From assembly GCA_964016885.1 (NCBI GenBank), contig OZ024740.1, positions 205,592,001 to 205,656,000 of the forward strand: 64,000 bases of DNA, written 5' to 3'. Of this stretch, positions 37,209 through 48,847 are shown piece after piece. Position numbers and translations under genes: made by a program. Within the stretch, counting starts at the first letter, position 1, and each line of letters opens with the position of its first letter. The DNA is from Eledone cirrhosa. Its lineage: Eukaryota. Under the pieces are notes generated by a model, which worked only from the letters and a program-made list of their open reading frames with translations, had not been told where the DNA came from and did not search any database.

Positions 37209-37527
37209 CAGTTGCTAGGTGAAGTGTTAATTGGCCTTATTGGTTGCTAGGTGAAGTGTTAATTGGCCTCATCAGTTGCTAGGTGAAGTGTGAATTGGCC
37301 TCACCAGTTGCTAAGTGAAATGTTAATTGGCCTCACCAGTTGCTAAGTGAAATGTTAATTGGCCTCATTGGTTGCTAGGTGAAGTGTTAATTGGCCTCAC
37401 CAGTTGCTAGGTGAAGTGTTAATTGGCCTCATCAGTTGCTAGGTGAAGTGTTAATTGGCCTCACCAGTTGCTAGGTGAAGTGTTAATTGGCCTCATTGGT
37501 TGCTAGGTGAAGTGTTAATTGGCCTCA
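37209..37527. repeat. Minisatellite, 32-bp unit x about 10
   Basis: cagttgctaggtgaagtgttaattggcctca(t/c) repeated. Confidence 0.95.
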
Positions 37528-37926
37528 GAACCCTGATCTGAGAGACTCAGTATATTGTGCAGGATTCTGGCAGTGTTAGTGATGGTAGAAATTTGGGCAC
37601 TGCCTATGAAGTCAGGGATCCCAAGTCTTTTGATGAAAGACATAAGTCATTTAGGGACCATATCATTACATCTGATGAAGGTATTTCGATATGATCAGTA
37701 CTGGTACTTTATTTTATCAACTCAAGGATTAAAGGCAAAGCTAACCTCAACATGGTTTGAACTCAGAATGTAAAAGGCCGTAACTCTATACTGCAAAGCA
37801 TGTTGTCCGACTCTCTACCGATACTGCCAACTGCCAATCGACCACCGTAGTTATATAGTTATAGTTTTATATATATATATAAAGCAGGGAAAAGCGGACG
37901 TAAAATGATGATGATGATGATGATGA

Positions 37927-37961
<35 letters not shown>

Positions 37962-37963
<2 letters not shown>

Positions 37964-38127
37964 ATTCTACAGGACTAGAACTGTTTCATTCTTTAGAAAT
38001 CATCAGGAATCTAAAGAATGAAACAGTTCTAGTCCTGTAGAATCTCATCTATATTAAAACTTTTATACTCTGCAATGTATTGAGTACCTTACTTACTGTG
38101 GTTACCTCCGATTCAACCCGGAATAAC

Positions 38128-38130
<3 letters not shown>
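37962..38130. mobile_element. Short Penelope-like terminal remnant with a perfect 36-bp inverted repeat, between (TA)n tracts
   Basis: Arms 37962-37997 and 38010-38045 are exact reverse complements; the minus strand reads CTGATGA...GAAAC...GTC. Confidence 0.6.
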
Positions 38131-38162
<32 letters not shown>

Positions 38163-38164
<2 letters not shown>

Positions 38165-38480
38165 CCTTGCAATCGAAAGGTTGTCAGTTCAATTCTCAGA
38201 CTGGGTGATGTGTTGTTTCCTTGAGCAAGACACTTTATTTCACATTGCTCCAGTTTACTCAGCTGTAGAAATGAGATGATAGGGACTGGGGTCTTTATCA
38301 TTCCACTGCAAAGTGGTCGTGGAGGTGCCATGGCAAAAAAGCACCCAGCACTCACTGTAAATGAGGTTGGTGTTAGGAAGGGCATCCAGCTGTAGAAATC
38401 AAGCCAGCACCAGTTCCCGTCCCACCCTTGCAAGCAGGGAAAAAGCGGACGTAAAATGAAATGAATGAAAAAATGAAATG
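38163..38480 (+). mobile_element. CORE-like SINE with RTE-derived 3' tail
   Basis: Core ccttgagcaagacactttatttcacattgctccag; tail cccgtcccacccttgcaagcagggaaaaagcggacgtaaaatga matches the LINE 3' end at 45621-45663. Confidence 0.8.
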
Positions 38481-38673
38481 AATAATTGTTTCTACTTTTG
38501 GCACAAGGCCAGCAATTATCCCAGTGTATTACTGGTACTTTATTTTATCGACCCTGTAATGATCAAAGGCAAAGTTAACCTCAACGAGATTTGAACTCAG
38601 ACCATAAAGGGCCGTAACTCTTTGCTGCAAAGCATGGCGCCCGACCCTCTACCGATACTGCCAATCCACTGCC
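38481..38673 (-). mobile_element. Full-length Meta-like SINE
   Basis: Closely matches 28478-28667; another minus copy lies at 37697-37845. Confidence 0.85.
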
Positions 38674-39439
38674 CTCTATTTATATATAATAAGATTGAAA
38701 CACATCCATTGCTTCCACTGAGCTGTCTTATAGACAAGTTCCTCTTCCCCTGCATTGAATTCTTTTTAATTCAGGTTTTTTAAAAAGATGTATTTTATAA
38801 ATAGAAGGAATGGATCTCGACAATAGGTGTTCCAGTGTCCTTTGGTCAATGGAACTGCCTGCCCATTAAATCAATATATGAATAGCTGAGAAATCACCCA
38901 AAACGTATGCTCTTAACATAATTCTCAGGGAGATTCAGCTGATTCTACTTAAGAATTATATTAAGGGTACGTATGTCTGTGGAATACTCAACAACATGGC
39001 AGCTCATCAGTGAAACAGAGGACCCATTATTATGGTTACAGTAACAACAATAACTACAACAACAACCATCACAATGATGATATGATGGTGGGATGGGTGT
39101 TTTAATGCACCTTTATTAATGGAATGAACCTCCAGTTTCAATGATGAGTATATCAGTTGTTTAATCAAAACAACAGTCTGTTCATGAAATTAACATGTAA
39201 GTGGCTGAGCATTCTATACATATGTACACTCTTAATGTTATTCTCAGGTAAATTCACCATGACATAGTGTGTGACAAGGTTCACCCTCTGTATTACAGGT
39301 ACAGTCTATCTGACGGGCTTCCACACAGTTTCTGTTTACCCAGCTTCACTCATACGGCTTAGGTAAATAACATTTGTCCAAGATGTCATACAGTGGGATT
39401 GAACTTAATGATAACAAAATGAACTTCTTAACCATTTCC

Positions 39440-39642
39440 ATACACACACATGCACACAGATACACATACACACACACACACACATATAGACACACTAAAA
39501 CACAGAAACTGCAGACAGACAGATACACACACACATGCATGCACACACATGCATGCACACACATGCACACATATGTCCCCCCCCCCCACATGCATACATA
39601 GAGACATCATACTGAAACACAGAAACTGCAGACAGACAGACA

Positions 39643-39680
<38 letters not shown>
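39440..39680. repeat. CA-rich compound microsatellite with internal duplication
   Basis: (CA)n tracts; aaacacagaaactgcagacagacaga occurs twice. Confidence 0.85.
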
Positions 39681-40394
39681 TACATATTTGTATCTGTGTG
39701 TATGCATGTGACCGTACGTAAATTGATTTTGATGAACATAAGACCTTGAAAAATAAAAAAAAATAATCCGATTTAATCGAATTATGAATAAATAAGCTTT
39801 TTGTAAAGAGCTATCGAAAATGTCCGCTAAAAGTGTGAGAATCCTATCTCTGTCGTACTGTAGATAGACGTAGCGAGATCGGAGTGAAGACTGAAAAGCC
39901 AGGCGGGTCATTTGCAGTTATGTAAAAATAGATTTCAGATTTCTTTTTAATCGATTATCCGCCCTCTAGTATTTCGGGTGTTGGTAGTATCAATGTGTAT
40001 TAATACAGTAAGAGTTGAGTCTAAGAGGATTAAATGTATAATTCCTACTAGAACTGTTAGCCAGTATTTAGCTTCATTTTTGTTTAATATATTTTTTAAA
40101 ATTTAAAATAACTATTGATTATTGTATCTTATATAGTTACAAGGTTTTATAATTATAAGAAAGATGAAAAAGAATTGAGAGTGCGATGTTCAAACCTTAG
40201 TTTTAAAAATGAAAACAATGTCTAATTAGTAACAGTAAATACTATCATCATAATCATCATTTTTATGTTCGCTTTCCACACTGGCATGGGTTGGACAGTT
40301 TATGTTCTGAGGCTAGGCTGGTCAGGTGATCACATCTAACTCATATGTTCCATAATTGGCATGGTTTTATGGCTACATGCCTTTCCTAACACTG

Positions 40395-40878
40395 ACCACT
40401 TTACAAGGTGTACTGGTTGCACTTTTCCTTGGCACCAGCACTACCTCTTTACAGAGTTGAATTGATTGGCTATGTTTTATTATGGTACCAGCACTACTAC
40501 TTTACAGGGTAGGGTGGGTGTATTTTATCATGGCACCAGCACTATCACTTTACAGAGTAGACTGGGTGTATTTTATCATGGCACCAGCACTACCGCTTTA
40601 CAGAGTAGACTGAGTGTATTTTATCATGGCACCAGCACTATCACTTTACAAAGTAGACTGGGTGTATTTTATCATGGCACCAGCACTACCGCTTTACAGA
40701 GTAGACTGGGTGTATTTTATCATGGCACCAGCACTACCGCTTTACAAAGTAGACTGGGTGTATTTTATCATGGCACCAGCACTACCACTTTACAAAGTAG
40801 ACTGGGTGTATTTTATCATGGCGCCAGCACTACCACTTTACAAAGTAGACTGGGTGTATTTTATCATGGCGCCAGCAG
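40395..40878. repeat. Minisatellite, 48-bp unit x about 10
   Basis: ctttacagagtagactgggtgtattttatcatggcaccagcactacca units; accounts for the periodic ORFs 40466-40897 and 40614-40883. Confidence 0.95.
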
Positions 40879-41290
40879 TATAGAGGTTGTCACATAATCT
40901 TTCAGACTGAAGAATCCTTTCAGACGCTGTATTGTCTCTGTTCAATCACCAAGAACTGTAGTTTCTGGTCTTTTACCACATTACTGTGTTTAAGTACACC
41001 TCAGCACAATGGTAAATATGGAACTGATTGTAGTGATTCCATACATTTCCTGTAAAGAGAATATAGCAACAACTCTCCAAGAATCTCTCATGGAGAACAC
41101 AAATTCTCAACATATCTAGGACTGCTTTTTTTCCGGGCCTTGAAAATATTTCAGCCCAAATAACTAATGACCTTTTATGGGTGAGATTTACAACAAAATA
41201 CAGCTTCCACAGCTGGGGTAGCACTCGTGTTTCTTACACTGGCATCCTAGATCTCATCAAGAAAAAAAGTCTCATGGCTAATCAGTTTAA

Positions 41291-41509
41291 CTCTTTAGCA
41301 TTTAAACTGGCCATATCTGGCCAGAATTCTCTTCCCTCTTTCTGTTCAAACCAGCCATAACCAGCTGCTTGTACTTACGTTAAGGTATTGTTTTCAAAAT
41401 ATATAATATCAAAACCTCGTAGATTCAATATTATGTAAGATAATTATAAGATAAAGTATTTATCCTGAAAATGAAATAGTAAATATAGAATAATGTAAAT
41501 GGTAAAGGG
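41291..41509. mobile_element. Third TTAA-flanked MITE family
   Basis: TTAA|CTCTTTAGCATTTA...TAAATGGTAAAGGG|TTAA; further copies at about 42980-43180 and 43475-43856, the latter split by a SINE at 43626-43793. Confidence 0.75.
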
Positions 41510-41914
41510 TTAAAGACACTTTCTGATACTTTCCAGCTACTTGCTTTACTGACATGTCTATTCCTGCTTTTTCTACCATTGCAACATTTTATGTTCTTCA
41601 GAGCTTTCTGAACTTATGCCACCTCTACTCAAGCACTCCTGACTCAGTCGTCTCTCACCACCCATGTTATGTCTAATCTCCCCATCAAGAAGGAACCATC
41701 ATGAAGGACCCCCCCCCCCCATTATATTGCTCTTGAATGTGTCTAAACCCATGTCCCCATGGAGAAAGCAATGGAACATCTCCCATTTATATTGCTCATG
41801 AATCACACACTATATAATGTATGTATCCCATTGCTCCAGTCAAGTTCTGGGACTAACAACCTCTACCATGACAGTTCTGTGTTGCCTTAATTGACTGAAC
41901 AATACAAATCTTAC

Positions 41915-42014
41915 CTTGTCTGGATATGTATTTTCCAGCCCCATCAACCCGGCTTGCGCCGTTGTCACTATCGTTGCTAAATTACCAGCAATGAAAAAAT
42001 TGTCAGAACCAAGC
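41915..42014 (-). CDS. GPCR coding exon 3 (ICL1, TM2, ECL1)
   Basis: ttttattttccag / gtaaga; LGSDNFFIAGNLATIVTTAQAGLMGLENTYPDK (IxxNL TM2 motif). Confidence 0.9.
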
Positions 42015-43978
42015 CTGGAAAATAAAATAAAATAAAATAAAACATTGTTATTTTAAACATTTTTTTTTTTTTTACATATTTTAAACTTTTAGGGATAGTA
42101 TTTCTAATGAAATACACTCTATTTCAATTAATTAATGAAAAATTTTGAGGGATTTACTAACATTATTATTTCATAACTAAGATAGTAACTTAAAATATGG
42201 TTTTTATATAAAATGATGTAAGAAGATTTTAATTTAAATAGGAAATATTGATAATGGGTGGTTTTGTTTCAGAGAACCAGAGCCAGTTTTGGGTAGGTTG
42301 GTATCAAATGAGTTGAACATGCTAGGTATTTTTCTCAGTGATTTAAGGTAATGAGCATTGGCACTTTATTCAGAAAAATTGAGAGTTAAGTGGATGAGAG
42401 ATAAACATCATCTAGGATAAGGTACTAGTTTGTTAAAAGTATCTTCCCCTTCAAAAGATTTCAGTCAAGCACTATAATTTAAAGAAACAATCATCAGATA
42501 TACAAAATTTCCACTGGATGTAGGTGTTTAATTCCTACTATTTCTACTGCTGCAGTCATTTCAGCCCTGAACAATATATTTCATGCTGAACACTTATTTC
42601 ACATGCCGTAGTTCAACACAATAAATATCACATTATATTTTGATATTTCCTGAGACAAGGGTGCTGGATTGGCAGAATCATTAATGTTGAATAAAATGTT
42701 TTGCAGTATTTAATTACCACCTTCTATGTTCTGAGTTTAAATCTCTTTGAGGTCAATTTTGTCTTTCATCCTTCTGGGGTTGATAAAATAAAGTACCAGT
42801 TAAATACTAGGGTTGATTTAATTAACTTTTTCCTCCTCCCAAATTTGTTGGCCTTGTTTCTAAATGAGAAATCAATATTTCCTGAGACAAACTGATATCC
42901 ACCAAGTGCAACAATTGGCTGCACATCACAAGGGTCAATGGAACACTTTGAAGTAAGCCAACATGTTTGCAACATTACCACATTTAAACCGGCCATATCT
43001 GGCCAGAATTCTTTCACCTCTTTCTGTTCAAACTGATCATAACCGGCCACTCATACCAAAGTTAAGGTATGGTTATCAAGATAAATAATATCAAAATCTT
43101 GTAGATTCTATAATATGTGAGATAAAGCCTTTACTGTGAAAATACAATAGTATATGTAGAGTAATGTAAATGCTAAAGGGTTAATGGTTTCTAATTTAGA
43201 TACAAGACCAACAATTTGGGTGAGGCGGGGAGTTGATTAAATCAACCTCAGTGTTTGACTGAGATTTTAATTTATCAGTCCTAGTGGGATGAGCTGGGTG
43301 GGAATTTGAACTCAGAAATTAAAGAGCCACAAAGTATTTCTTCCAAAACTCTATTGTCTCTGCCAATATTTCACCTGTGTTAATCTATTTAATAATATAG
43401 TTGAAAGATTTTATTTTTCATTCTTTTCACAGGGAAGTCTTCTAATTCAAAAATAGTAGTTATATTTACCTCAACCCTTTAGCATTTAAACTGGTCATAT
43501 CTGGCCAGAATTTTCTCACCTCTTTCTGTTCAAAATGTCCGTAACCAGCCACTCATACTGATGTTAAGTTATTGTTCTCAAAATAAATAATATCAAAATC
43601 TGATAGATTCGATATTATGTGAGATAATTATTGTTTCTACTTTTGGCACAAGGCAAACAATTACCCCAGTGAATTACTGGTGCTTTATTTTATCGACCCT
43701 GTAAGGATGAAAGGCAAAGTTGACTGTGGCGGAAATTGAACTCAGACCGTAAAGGGACGTAACTCTATGCTACAAAGCATGGCGTCCGACCCTGTGAGGT
43801 AAAGCCTTTACCATGAAATATAATAGTAAATATAGAGTAATGTAAATGTTAAAGTGTTAAGTTTACCTTAAAATCTTCAAATATCAAAGTGCTATATTTT
43901 GAAATCAGATCCCAAAGGTTTACAATATCTGGCTATAAATTCTAATTTCTGTAATATTTTCTTTCGGTTGTTACTTAC

Positions 43979-44082
43979 CCTAAATAGACCCACGTAAAAT
44001 GGATCAACATGGTTCCTGCAAAGGAGCATCCTATGCAAGCAACTGTAGCTTTTTCCATCATCGGTTGATGATATTCAGGTAC
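43979..44082 (-). CDS. GPCR coding exon 2 (stalk, TM1)
   Basis: ctttcaacag / gtaagt; VPEYHQPMMEKATVACIGCSFAGTMLIHFTWVYL. Confidence 0.88.
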
Positions 44083-44092
44083 CTGTTGAAAG

Positions 44093-45953
44093 TGAAACAT
44101 TAAGGGTTTACTCAGAGAAACAAGGGCTACATGAAACATTTAGGGTTTACTGAGAGGAACAAGAGGTGTATGTAACATTTAGGGTTTACTGAGAGGAACA
44201 AGAGGTGTATGTAACATTTAGGGTTTACTGAGAGGAACAAGAAGTGTATGTAATATTTAGGGTTTACTGAGAGGAACAAGAAGTGTATGTAATATTTAGG
44301 GTTTACTGAGAGGAACAAGAAGTGTATGTAACATTTAGGGTTTACTCAAAGGAACAAGAAGTGTATGTAATATTTAGGGTTTACTCAAAGGAACAAGAAG
44401 TGTATGTAATATTTAGGGTTTACTCAAAGGAACAAGAAGTGTATGTAACATTTAGGGTTTACTCAGAGGAACAAGTGGTGTATGTAACATTTAGGGTTTA
44501 CTCAGGGGAGCAAGAGGTGTATGTAACATGTAGGGTTTACTGAGAGGAACAAGAGGTGTATGTAACATTTAGGATTTACTAGGAGTACATCAGGGTTCGG
44601 TTCTCAGCCCGCTCTTGTTCATTATAGTCCTCCAAGCCATAACAGAGGAGTTTAAGACTGGCTGTCCATGGGAACTTCTCTATGCTGACGATCTGGCTCT
44701 TATGGCAGAATCAGTAGAGGAGCTAGAGAATAAATTCCGGCTATGGAAACAGCAGTTGGAAGCAAGAGGACTGAGAGTAAATCTAGCTAAGACAAAAGTG
44801 TTGATGAGTAGAAAAGAGGACAAAACCCTGATTCCGTCAGGGAAATGGCCATGTTCGATATGCAGAAAAGGAACTGGCATAAATTCTATAAAATGCACAC
44901 AATGTAGGTCCTGGGTACACAAGAGATGTAGCGGGATAGCAGGCAAACTAACAGGTAGGGAGAAATATGTATGCAGTAGATGTACAGGGAAGTTAGACAG
45001 TAGAAGTCGCACTGATAGACACATTTTTCAAATGCGAGAGGGCGCTATAGAAGTGGTGGATAGCTTCCGGTACCTAGGAGATCAGATTAGCATGGGAGGA
45101 GGGTGTTCCGAGGCCATAGTATCTAGAATAAGGACGGGTTGGAAGAAGTTTAGGGAGCTGCTTCCTCTGTTGACGAAGAAGGGTTTCTCCCTGCGTACGA
45201 AAGGCCGGTTGTATGATGCCTGTGTGAGGAGCGCGATGCTGCATGGTAGTGAGACATGGGCAGCTACCGCAGAAGATATGCGACGGCTGGAGAGAAATGA
45301 GGCAAGCATGCTCCGTTGGATGTGCAGTGTAAATGTGCGTGAACGACCCAGCATAAATGTGTTGAGAGAGAAACTGTGTCTGAGAGGGATAGAATGTAGT
45401 GTACGGGAGAGGAGACTGAGGTGGTATGGACATGTGATGCGCATGGAGGATGACCGATGGGTGAAGAAGTGCCAGGAAATGCCAGTTGAAGGAAGACGTG
45501 GTAGAGGTAGACCACGAAAAACATGGGCGGAGGTGGTGAGAACAGACCTCAGATCATTGAAGCTCACGGTGGAGATGACGAGGGACCGTGACGAGTGGAG
45601 AGATGCTGTGCTGAATAAGACCCGTCCCACCCTTGCAAGCAGGGAAAAGCGGACGTAAAATGATGATGATGATGATGATGATGATGAGAGGAACAAGAGG
45701 TGTATGTAATATTTAGGGTTTACTGAGAGGAACAAGAGGTGTATGTAATATTTAGGGTTTACTGAGAGGAACAAGAAGTGTATGTAACATTTAGGGTTTA
45801 CTCAAAGGAACAAGAAGTGTATGTAACATTTAGGGTTTACTTAGAGGAACAAGTAGTGTATGTAACATGTAGGGTTTACTCAGAGGAACAAGAGGTGTAT
45901 GTAACATGTAGCGTTTACTCAGGGGAACAAGAGGTGTATGTAACATGTAGGGA
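44093..45953. repeat. Minisatellite, 39-bp unit (about 12 + 7 copies), split by an RTE LINE
   Basis: gtgtatgtaacatttagggtttactgagaggaacaagag units at 44093-44580 and 45686-45953. Confidence 0.95.
44581..45685 (+). mobile_element. 5'-truncated RTE-clade LINE with an uninterrupted ORF and (TGA)n tail
   Basis: GVHQGSVLSPLLF, LLYADDL, Cys/His-rich finger WPCSIC...CTQC..WVHKRC...YVCSRC, FRYLG, RLRWYGHV.R, RGRPRKTW; stop at 45658. Confidence 0.95.
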
Positions 45954-47106
45954 GATCCATTACAGTCTGTACAACTACCAAAAACCTTTCTCTGTAGTGT
46001 ACTGCAGTACTCAGTTGTTAAAACCCCCCACTGTTATAAGGGAAACCAAACAAGAAGAAATACCTGATCACTGCATTAAATTATGTTTAATCTCATAACT
46101 TACTGAGTTATTTGTCAGTAAAATGTGATGATCCAGGTTTTGGGTCATAGGTTTGCTCAATGAAAGCTGACCTAGGGCTAAATAATAATTAGGAGCTTAC
46201 CCAAACTCTACAAGACTAATCTTTGTATCATTCCAATTTAGAATATGTACTGCTGTAACTAGTACCTACAAGACTGGCCACATGACTAAATTATATTGAG
46301 TCTTGTTGATCTATTGGTCACCACTAAAAAGTTTGACTCGCTGATTTATTGATCTTCATACTTTTCTCAGTAATATTTCCATGGTGAGTCATTTTAGTTT
46401 AGCTCATAATGAAATTCTTTATTCCATATTTTTTGTGGAAAAACAAGTTATTTTTTTTATATAAAAGAGACACAGAAATTATCATCATCACCACCATTTT
46501 TCCATGCATTTTCAATGAATATCACTTTTAAAACTGATGGAAATTATTCATTTTTTAGTTAACCATACCTCACGACAAATATCTGAAGTTTGGGGCAGTG
46601 AAGGAGAGGCTAAGGTCAGGGTATATATATGGCATGGGTTAGACGGGTCTTTTTCAGCCCAGCCTCCCACTACTTGTGTTGTGTCCCTTAAAGGCCACCA
46701 TCGGTCATTAATAACCATGGATTTGCACCTAGAAAGTTTCCCTCCAAGGCACAAGCCTGGGCAAGATTTGTTTGTGGAAGACTACCAGTCACCCATGCAT
46801 ACCAGCCTCCCCTCTCCACGCCACCGATATTGTCCAAGGGAAAGGCAATGGCCGATACAGCTTGGCACCAGTGACGTTGCAACACATTTTTAATGGTAGC
46901 AATTCCATACATTTCTGTTAAAGACAATAGTATAGGAACAACTCAAGCAGTTATAGTCTGTACAATGACATGTTTATTTAGTTTCTCATGATAAGTTCCA
47001 GTTCTCCTGTAGACTTGGAGAAAGAAATGCTGCTCTTCAACCACAATATGGAAACAAACAAGAACAGAAAAAAAAAGAAGCATCTGAATGACATAAGCTT
47101 ACTTAC

Positions 47107-47151
47107 CGTATAATTCCCCATCTGCGTGAGGAAAACGTACATAACCGACAT
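47107..47151 (-). CDS. GPCR coding exon 1 (exon spans 47107-47177; candidate start ATG at 47151)
   Basis: ttttattccag / gtaagt; MSVMYVFLTQMGNYT; ATG context CCAAAGATGT. The frame stays open to the acceptor (GCDRQKQPK), so an upstream coding exon is not excluded. Confidence 0.75.
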
Positions 47152-47504
47152 CTTTGGTTGTTTTTGTCTGTCACACCCTGGAATAAAATAAAGAAGTCTT
47201 GAAACATTTTGCTTTTACAATGTTAAAAACTATAAATAGATTTTGTTTTAAAACAATGTTGTCTCTGATCGAGACGAAGCGAGAATGTATTTGAATACAT
47301 ATAAAAATGAGAAAACTCATCGCTAGAACAACCATTAAAACAGCTAAATGCTGTCAAAGACAGCGATGGGCATTAATGCCTCAGAGGACAGAGATCAGTA
47401 GCTAGTGGTCAACAGAAAGACAATCCACAAGGTGGGGGACAGGCAGATGAAATATAGAAAAGATTGAGAGGAGGAGGACACTGCTTTCTTTTTTTTTTAC
47501 TATG

Positions 47505-47715
47505 ACAGATTTTATGGGCAAAACCAACTGGTAGGCGACCCAGGAGTAGACCTCGGGCAAGATGGTTGGATAACATCCATGAGCTTGGCTGGTCTCGCTT
47601 GGGGATCCAGCAGGATCAGTTGGAGACGGTTGCTTCTGATAAGACCCACGGGACGGAGTGTTTGAGGACTCTGTCCCCACGACCATCTCAGGAATAAATG
47701 GGAGAAGAAGGTATT
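47505..47715 (+). mobile_element. RTE (Expander-like) 3' fragment
   Basis: Same family as 60730-60957; followed by a minus-strand CORE-like SINE at about 47750-47895. Confidence 0.75.
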
Positions 47716-48679
47716 TAAGAGTGGGGATTTTGTCTGCATCTTGTGAGATTATGCAACATAGTTTCATCAACTGATTGGACTGAAACAATGTGAAATAAAA
47801 TGGTTTACTCAAGGGCACAACGCGCCGCCAGGAGTCGAACTCATGACCTTATGATTGTGAGCCTGACACCCTAACCACTAAAACCCCCGCCTTCATAACA
47901 CATGCAAACAACAAAAAAAAACAACACAGCAATGACAAATAATTCCCCCTCAGAGTCATGGGAACACATATACAGTCTATTCCACCTACCCATTATCACT
48001 CACAAGGATTGGGTCAACCTGTGGCTATGGCAAATAACACATGCTCAATATGCCATGCAATGGGATTGAACCTGGGACCTAATGATTGTGAAGAGAACTT
48101 CTTAACCATTCGACCAAGCTCTATCCACACTAACAGCTATAAGAAGAGCGCAAACACTGTATACTGAATAATTGCTCCCTAAGCTCCCAGGGTTGGTTTC
48201 AGATCCTTGCATGGACTAGATATATGATAGGTGATAGAAGATTTCTCATTCATTGACTTAACTCCATAAAAACGGAAGCTAAGATTAAGACAGAATTTCT
48301 TTTTTCATAACTATATAATTAAATTCACAATTGTATAAATAACATTATAAATTATTCACAATTCTTTCAGAATGAAAATATAAACAAATATAATTTTAAA
48401 AAATGAACTATTGCTAAGGACCTTACAAATACAACACACCAAAATATACGATCAAAACGAGAGAAATAATAAAAAAACTCGAAACAACTAACAAAAACAA
48501 AAACAACCATCGATTCCAGGGCCGGAATTAATGAAGGGCAAAGGGGGCAATTGCCCCGGGTCCCTGCAGTGGAGGGCCTAACCAGCGACGGCCGTAGCAA
48601 TTTATTTGTGCCCTTAGCTGGCTTTTTTAGTTTTAGGATGGTTAGAATTTTTGAATTTAATACCTGTATGTATACATTT

Positions 48680-48847
48680 TCAATTCCGGTGTTCGAGACG
48701 TTCGGTGCAGTTGGGCCGCTGACAGCGAAGTTCTTATCTTCACTGGCGGCTCGCCTTACTGAGGTGCCAGGTGATGCCCGTGAGGGTGCTTGGTTATTTC
48801 AGCGCCTTAGCTTCGCCATCACCCATGGCAATGTTGCGAGCGTGTAA
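48680..48847 (+). mobile_element. C-terminal restriction-like endonuclease fragment of a CRE-type non-LTR retrotransposon
   Basis: PVFETFGAVGP...LAARL...REGAWLFQRLSFAITHGNVASV resembles the ET.G..G...QR.S.A...GNA motif. Confidence 0.65.

Noticed and set aside
37209-37527. CRISPR-like array (32-bp periodicity)
   Set aside because: Head-to-tail repeats with no unique spacers, in eukaryotic DNA.
39346-39911. Cys/Val- or His/Thr-rich ORFs here and at 53576-56392, 58946-59281 and 62618-62948
   Set aside because: Microsatellite translations.
40466-40897. Periodic ORFs as repeat proteins (also 44127-44543 and 45778-46098)
   Set aside because: Translations of 48-bp and 39-bp minisatellites lying inside introns.
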